Source: Lingula anatina
Taxonomy: Eukaryota; Animalia; Brachiopoda
Assembly: GCA_051362555.1 (NCBI GenBank)
Contig: CM120640.1
Span: forward strand, 13,144,001-13,208,000
Direction of reading: 5' to 3'
DNA: 64,000 bases
The notes below the pieces were generated by a model that worked only from the letters and a program-made list of their open reading frames with translations, was not told the origin of the DNA and ran no database searches. Within the stretch, counting starts at the first letter, position 1; each line of letters starts with the position of its first letter. Both the position numbers and the translations under genes were made by a program. This document shows positions 59,483-64,000 of the stretch, one piece after another.

Positions 59483-62400
59483 CTAATTAAATTCAAACAT
59501 GTCTGACCAATTTTCCCATTTTTTTTCAAAGTTTGTTAAATTTAGCTTTTTTAATGCATTGAATTTTTCTATTATAAATTGATCCTTTATGTAATTTATG
59601 AGTGAAGAAAGACGCATACATTCTTTCTTTTTGAAACTTTTGTAAATATAAAATTTCGTACAAAGAATAACAAAATTAATTGGGCTGTTTGGGTTTGTTG
59701 GATAGCCGAAAATGATGCATTTTTCATTAAAGGTAATGTTTTTATTCGTTCTGTTAAAGATGTAAGCTTTCAGTTCTTCCCAAATTTTTTTACTATACGC
59801 GCATTGGAAGAAAGTATGCGAAATGTCTTCCCTTGCAACACCACAAAGAGAACAGACGTCATCGTTTTCAATCCCTATAGTTTTTAAATATGATTTAACA
59901 GGCAGGAGCCTATGTATTATGCGGTATTGGAACCACTGCAGTTTGGTGTTCTTTGTTGTTTCGAAACAGTTCTTATAGACATCTTTCCAATGTACATCAA
60001 AATTTGACTTTGTGTTCCATTTTTTTTCATTTGTCATTCGTGTAGCTGGCTTGTAGAGAGTTTGATAAAAGTCTCTACAGCCTTTACTATGTTTGATAAG
60101 AAGCTCTATTGCTTGAGGCAAAAAAGGGTGAGAGGTGATCTCAAGAACATCGTTATGCGTTTTATTCATAAGCCTGTGCTTAATAGAGTTTCGTATACCA
60201 TAAAATGTGAGCGCACAACAGTTTTGTAGGCTAAATTTTTGTTCAAATTCTTCCTTTGTTAAAATTCTGTTATTTTCAAGAAAATCGCTAACAATTTTGA
60301 CGCCTTTGTTAAACCATTTTCTTATAAACACAGGCTTGCCCCCAATCTTAAAATTATCATTATACCAAATCGGCTCCACAGATATTATACTTTTTCTTTC
60401 TAGTAAGCGTGTTAACACCAATTTCCAGGAAACCAGAACATCTTTCCAAAAACAGTTACTACAATCCTTAATAAGCTTGTCTAGATATGCATTCCCAAAA
60501 GTAAATATATAACTTATTACATCTCGATCAAAAATAGCTTGGAGAAGTGGAGCATATATGTTGTCTGTCTGATAAATTCTTCTAATCCAAGTACATTTAA
60601 GAGAAGCAATAAAGTCAAATAAATCTAGCATCTTAAGACCACCTTGTTCATAATTACCAGTTATTACACTCCTTTTCACTTTTTCCGTCTTTTTGCCCCA
60701 TATAAATTGAAAGAACATTGTGTTTAGTAATTTCATGTATGTTTCATCTGGATTGGGAAGGGAAATGAATAGGTGGTTTAACATGGGTACAACCAGGGTT
60801 TTCAGTACAGTGATTTTGCCAATGGGCGTCAAAGGTCTCCTTTCCCATTGTTGCAACATTCTTTTAATTTTTACGATGTATTGTTCAAAATTAGTTTTTA
60901 TCATATCCTGCAAATTCAATGTAAATTCAATACCTAACAAATTAAAACTGTCATAAACCCAATTCATCTTCCATCTTACATGGTGAAACACCTCCTTGCT
61001 AAACTTTTTTGCGCCAATCCAAATTAGTTTAGTCTTACTCTTATTTATCGCCAAACCTGATATTTTTGAAAAGAAATCAAGTGTATTAAATGCTGCAAGA
61101 AATGAGAGTCTGCTGCCGTTGAGAATGAGGGTAGTGTCGTCAGCATATTGTGATATTCTAAATTCTGTATTCTCTATCTTTATACCAGTAATATCACTAT
61201 TATTCTTGATCAATAACGAAAGTATTTCAGCACATAAAATAAAAATGTACGGGGAGAGGGGGTCACCCTGACGGCATCCTCTCGAGATTCTGAAGTACTC
61301 GGATAAATGACCGCACTGACTAATGGAGGCGCTGCAGTCAAAATTTAATATCCCAAACCATTTTTTAATTGCGTCACCAAAATTAAAGAAATCCAGTACA
61401 TTAATTATAAAATCCCAGTCAACCGAATCGAAAGCCTTTTCAAAATCAATCAAAACAAGCAAGCCTGGAATATTTCGTTTTTCTGTGATGTGCATTAGGT
61501 CATATATCAACCGTGTGTTTTCTCCTATATAGCGGCCAGCTAAAAACCCAGTTTGAGAAGGGGAAATTAGTTTGTCTAATACAGTTTTCATTCGTTCAGC
61601 TATACATCCGGATATTAGTTTATAAAATACATTTAATAATGTTATAGGTCGCCAATTTTGTAAAAATTTTCTATTCTTGTCCCCTTTCGGGATACAAGTA
61701 ATAATGCCGAGTTTCTGGCTAGTTGGTAACCTTTCTTTACGAAATACTTCATTTACCGTTCTGACCATAAATTCTTTCAAATCTGACCAAAAAAATTTGT
61801 AAAACTCAGTTGTAAAACCGTCGGAACCCGGAGATTTGTTATTCTTCATTTTCTTTAGGACTGTAAGAAGTTCTGTCTTGGAGATTTCTCCCTGTAGCAG
61901 TTCTTTTTCGGTATCATTTAATTTAGGCACGTTAAATTGGTCAAGAAGGACTCGAAGATCAGTTTTTTCTACAAATTCTTTTTTTGAGGAATACAGACGC
62001 TCATAAAATAATTTAGCTTCATTAAGTATTTCCTTTTGATCAAAAATAACAGTACCGTCTTGCAGTTCTAGATTTTGTATAGTTTTGTTCACGTAATGTC
62101 TAGATTCTAGAAAACAGAAGTATTTTGTCGGCTTCTCACCTTCTTCCACCCACCTTGCTTTTGCTCGCAAAAGGATACCTTTTAGTTTCTTCTGTCTTAT
62201 GTTTTTCAATTCTGTCTTTTTTGCTTCCAATAGATCTGAAATGTCTTGGAATTGAGGATTAGTTTCTAGTTCATTTATTGAGTTTTCCAAATCATTTTCG
62301 AGTTTACAGGATTGCTTATTTCTGTAAGAGGAATATGATATAGTCGCGCCTCTAATTTCCATTAAAAGAGTTTCAAAAAATAGCGAGTCATCAATTATGA

Positions 62401-63295
62401 AGGTAATAGACCTGTTCGGAATGTCCTCTATATGTTCCAAATTATATACGGGGATTGTATACTGTCTCTTAACTTTTAATATCGTTTCCTTAATTTTAGT
62501 TACATATTCCACGTCATTTAAGAGAGTATTATTAAAGATCCAAGTCCCCCTGCCTTTGATGAATTTATTTAATTTTAGTTCTAGTATTATTGATGAGTGG
62601 TCAGAACGGTAACCTGCATTTATAGAAATGTTGTTTACAGAATTTTGTAGGTTATCGGCAATCAAGAAAAAATCGAGCCTAGCTTGCCTCAACGGATTCC
62701 TTCTTCTCCACGTAAACCTTCTTTCTCCTGGATACAATACTCTGAAAAAGTCAATTATATCAAGATCATTCATTATTTCAATTACTTTCTTCCTTGCTCT
62801 GGGGTTATTTACATGACGGTAATTGCTTGAATCTAGCACCGGGTCTAAAACGAGATTAAAATCTCCACAGATGATAAAGTTTTCATTATTAAAATCGACA
62901 ATAGTTTGTCGTATTTGTTCGTAGAAATCAGGGCTATCTCTATTAGGACCATATATGTTAATTAAAGTAAATCGGACTTTGTTTATACCAATATCCAACG
63001 CTAAGAGATTGCCATCATTTGTTTTTTGTTCTTTAAAAAATTCAAACTCGAAGTTATTATTAATTAGAATGGCCACCCCTCGGGCATTTGTAGAAAAGGA
63101 GTTAAAGTAACCCTTGTAACCCCATTCTAAAACTGCTCGTTTCTCATCTTCTGTGCTAAAATGCGTGTCTTGCAAACACAAAATATGGTAGTTTTTAGTT
63201 CTATAAAAATTTAGGACATCTCTTCTCTTCTCCGGGGTGCCCAGGCCTTGACAATTACAGGAGACTACCTTTATCGGGTTTATCGTGTCCTTCAT
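59483..63295 (-). CDS. LINE ORF2p: APE endonuclease + reverse transcriptase + C-terminal CCHC zinc finger
   Basis: 1270-aa uninterrupted ORF. APE motifs NCQGL, LQDTH, GDFN, RLDFFL, SDH. RT motifs KSPGSDG, NWRPITL, DFEKAFD, GCRQGDPLSP, YADD. C-terminal CSLC...H....C. Confidence 0.97.
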   Translation of the reverse strand: MKDTINPIKVVSCNCQGLGTPEKRRDVLNFYRTKNYHILCLQDTHFSTEDEKRAVLEWGYKGYFNSFSTNARGVAILINNNFEFEFFKEQKTNDGNLLALDIGINKVRFTLINIYGPNRDSPDFYEQIRQTIVDFNNENFIICGDFNLVLDPVLDSSNYRHVNNPRARKKVIEIMNDLDIIDFFRVLYPGERRFTWRRRNPLRQARLDFFLIADNLQNSVNNISINAGYRSDHSSIILELKLNKFIKGRGTWIFNNTLLNDVEYVTKIKETILKVKRQYTIPVYNLEHIEDIPNRSITFIIDDSLFFETLLMEIRGATISYSSYRNKQSCKLENDLENSINELETNPQFQDISDLLEAKKTELKNIRQKKLKGILLRAKARWVEEGEKPTKYFCFLESRHYVNKTIQNLELQDGTVIFDQKEILNEAKLFYERLYSSKKEFVEKTDLRVLLDQFNVPKLNDTEKELLQGEISKTELLTVLKKMKNNKSPGSDGFTTEFYKFFWSDLKEFMVRTVNEVFRKERLPTSQKLGIITCIPKGDKNRKFLQNWRPITLLNVFYKLISGCIAERMKTVLDKLISPSQTGFLAGRYIGENTRLIYDLMHITEKRNIPGLLVLIDFEKAFDSVDWDFIINVLDFFNFGDAIKKWFGILNFDCSASISQCGHLSEYFRISRGCRQGDPLSPYIFILCAEILSLLIKNNSDITGIKIENTEFRISQYADDTTLILNGSRLSFLAAFNTLDFFSKISGLAINKSKTKLIWIGAKKFSKEVFHHVRWKMNWVYDSFNLLGIEFTLNLQDMIKTNFEQYIVKIKRMLQQWERRPLTPIGKITVLKTLVVPMLNHLFISLPNPDETYMKLLNTMFFQFIWGKKTEKVKRSVITGNYEQGGLKMLDLFDFIASLKCTWIRRIYQTDNIYAPLLQAIFDRDVISYIFTFGNAYLDKLIKDCSNCFWKDVLVSWKLVLTRLLERKSIISVEPIWYNDNFKIGGKPVFIRKWFNKGVKIVSDFLENNRILTKEEFEQKFSLQNCCALTFYGIRNSIKHRLMNKTHNDVLEITSHPFLPQAIELLIKHSKGCRDFYQTLYKPATRMTNEKKWNTKSNFDVHWKDVYKNCFETTKNTKLQWFQYRIIHRLLPVKSYLKTIGIENDDVCSLCGVAREDISHTFFQCAYSKKIWEELKAYIFNRTNKNITFNEKCIIFGYPTNPNSPINFVILCTKFYIYKSFKKKECMRLSSLINYIKDQFIIEKFNALKKLNLTNFEKKWENWSDMFEFN

Positions 63296-63338
63296 ACGGC
63301 TCTAAAAGTGAAAAGAAGTGTATAAATACATATGCTGG

Positions 63339-63370
<32 letters not shown>

Positions 63371-63691
63371 TATATAATTATAAACCTGCATTCTACTGTG
63401 ATATACCAGGGTCTAGCATAATGTGACCCATGTGTAAAGACGCTTAATAGTCTAGGATAACCTAAAGAAAACACACTATAAGGGAATACATTGTGGCATT
63501 GTATAACCAAACAGCTAATTATCAACATCCACACACTCAGCCACACACTCACTGTCAAATGACTACCACACAGATGCATTGAGAAACAACATGCACATGC
63601 ACACGTATTAACTGTCATTGAACTACTAACTATATACAGTTCACGCTACAGTCCCCGCTCTTTATTAAGCTAACACGTTAAATTGTCATAA

Positions 63692-63725
<34 letters not shown>

Positions 63726-64000
63726 ACAGTGTTTAGCAGTTAGACATGTAGAGATGTTCATCTTATACGTAGCTTAGACATTTTCTGGGTTGTGATCTAC
63801 GCTTAGTTTCTGAAAAAATACCTAAAATTAATATTTCAAAGTTGAATATTGAACACTTTTATTACAAAGGATGTTTTGTGCATTATTCAGCACTGAGGTT
63901 GTTGTACATTCACTACACCAACAAAGAATTGTGTATATTTCATCATTTTTTGTATAATGTAGTTTTATCTCAGTTTATATCTGATTGATAAAGAAAGTGC

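Larger units (their letters stand above)
59201..63720 (-). mobile_element. L1/Tx1-clade non-LTR retrotransposon, 5'-truncated (no ORF1), young
   Basis: Poly(A) tail is T19 at 59201-59219. 3' UTR contains (TTA)n. ORF2 is intact. About 400 bp of upstream spacer ends in a G33 run. TSD GGGGTACAGTG(TTT) at 59190-59200 and 63721-63731. Confidence 0.93.

Noticed and set aside
60207-62816. Several + strand ORFs over the LINE
   Set aside because: Antisense shadows of ORF2.

Overview
AT-rich, intron-rich animal genomic DNA, probably a marine invertebrate (lophotrochozoan-like, inferred from the repeat types). I read exon structures by hand. Left to right: (1) about 24 kb that appears to be one very large YTHDC2 intron. 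It holds two antisense nested genes for secreted coiled-coil proteins: an unknown one (first exon 3124-2407) and a 3-exon coiled-coil/C-type lectin gene (23622-19285) carrying a nonsense codon and a frameshift. (2) The 3' 18 exons of YTHDC2 (+), with an altered YTH cage and a long low-complexity tail. (3) A complete DNAAF4/DYX1C1 (-) with one U12-type intron, head-to-head with (4) STOML2 (+). (5) BBOX1-like dioxygenase (-). (6) Local duplications. (7) The first two coding exons of a divergent DLG1-type L27 gene (+), interrupted at the apparent splice donor by a young, 5'-truncated L1/Tx1-type LINE with an intact ORF2 and a clear target-site duplication. Several MITEs and a Helentron-type element with internal tandem arrays are also present. 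Homology calls rest on remembered sequences and motifs; no database searches were run.
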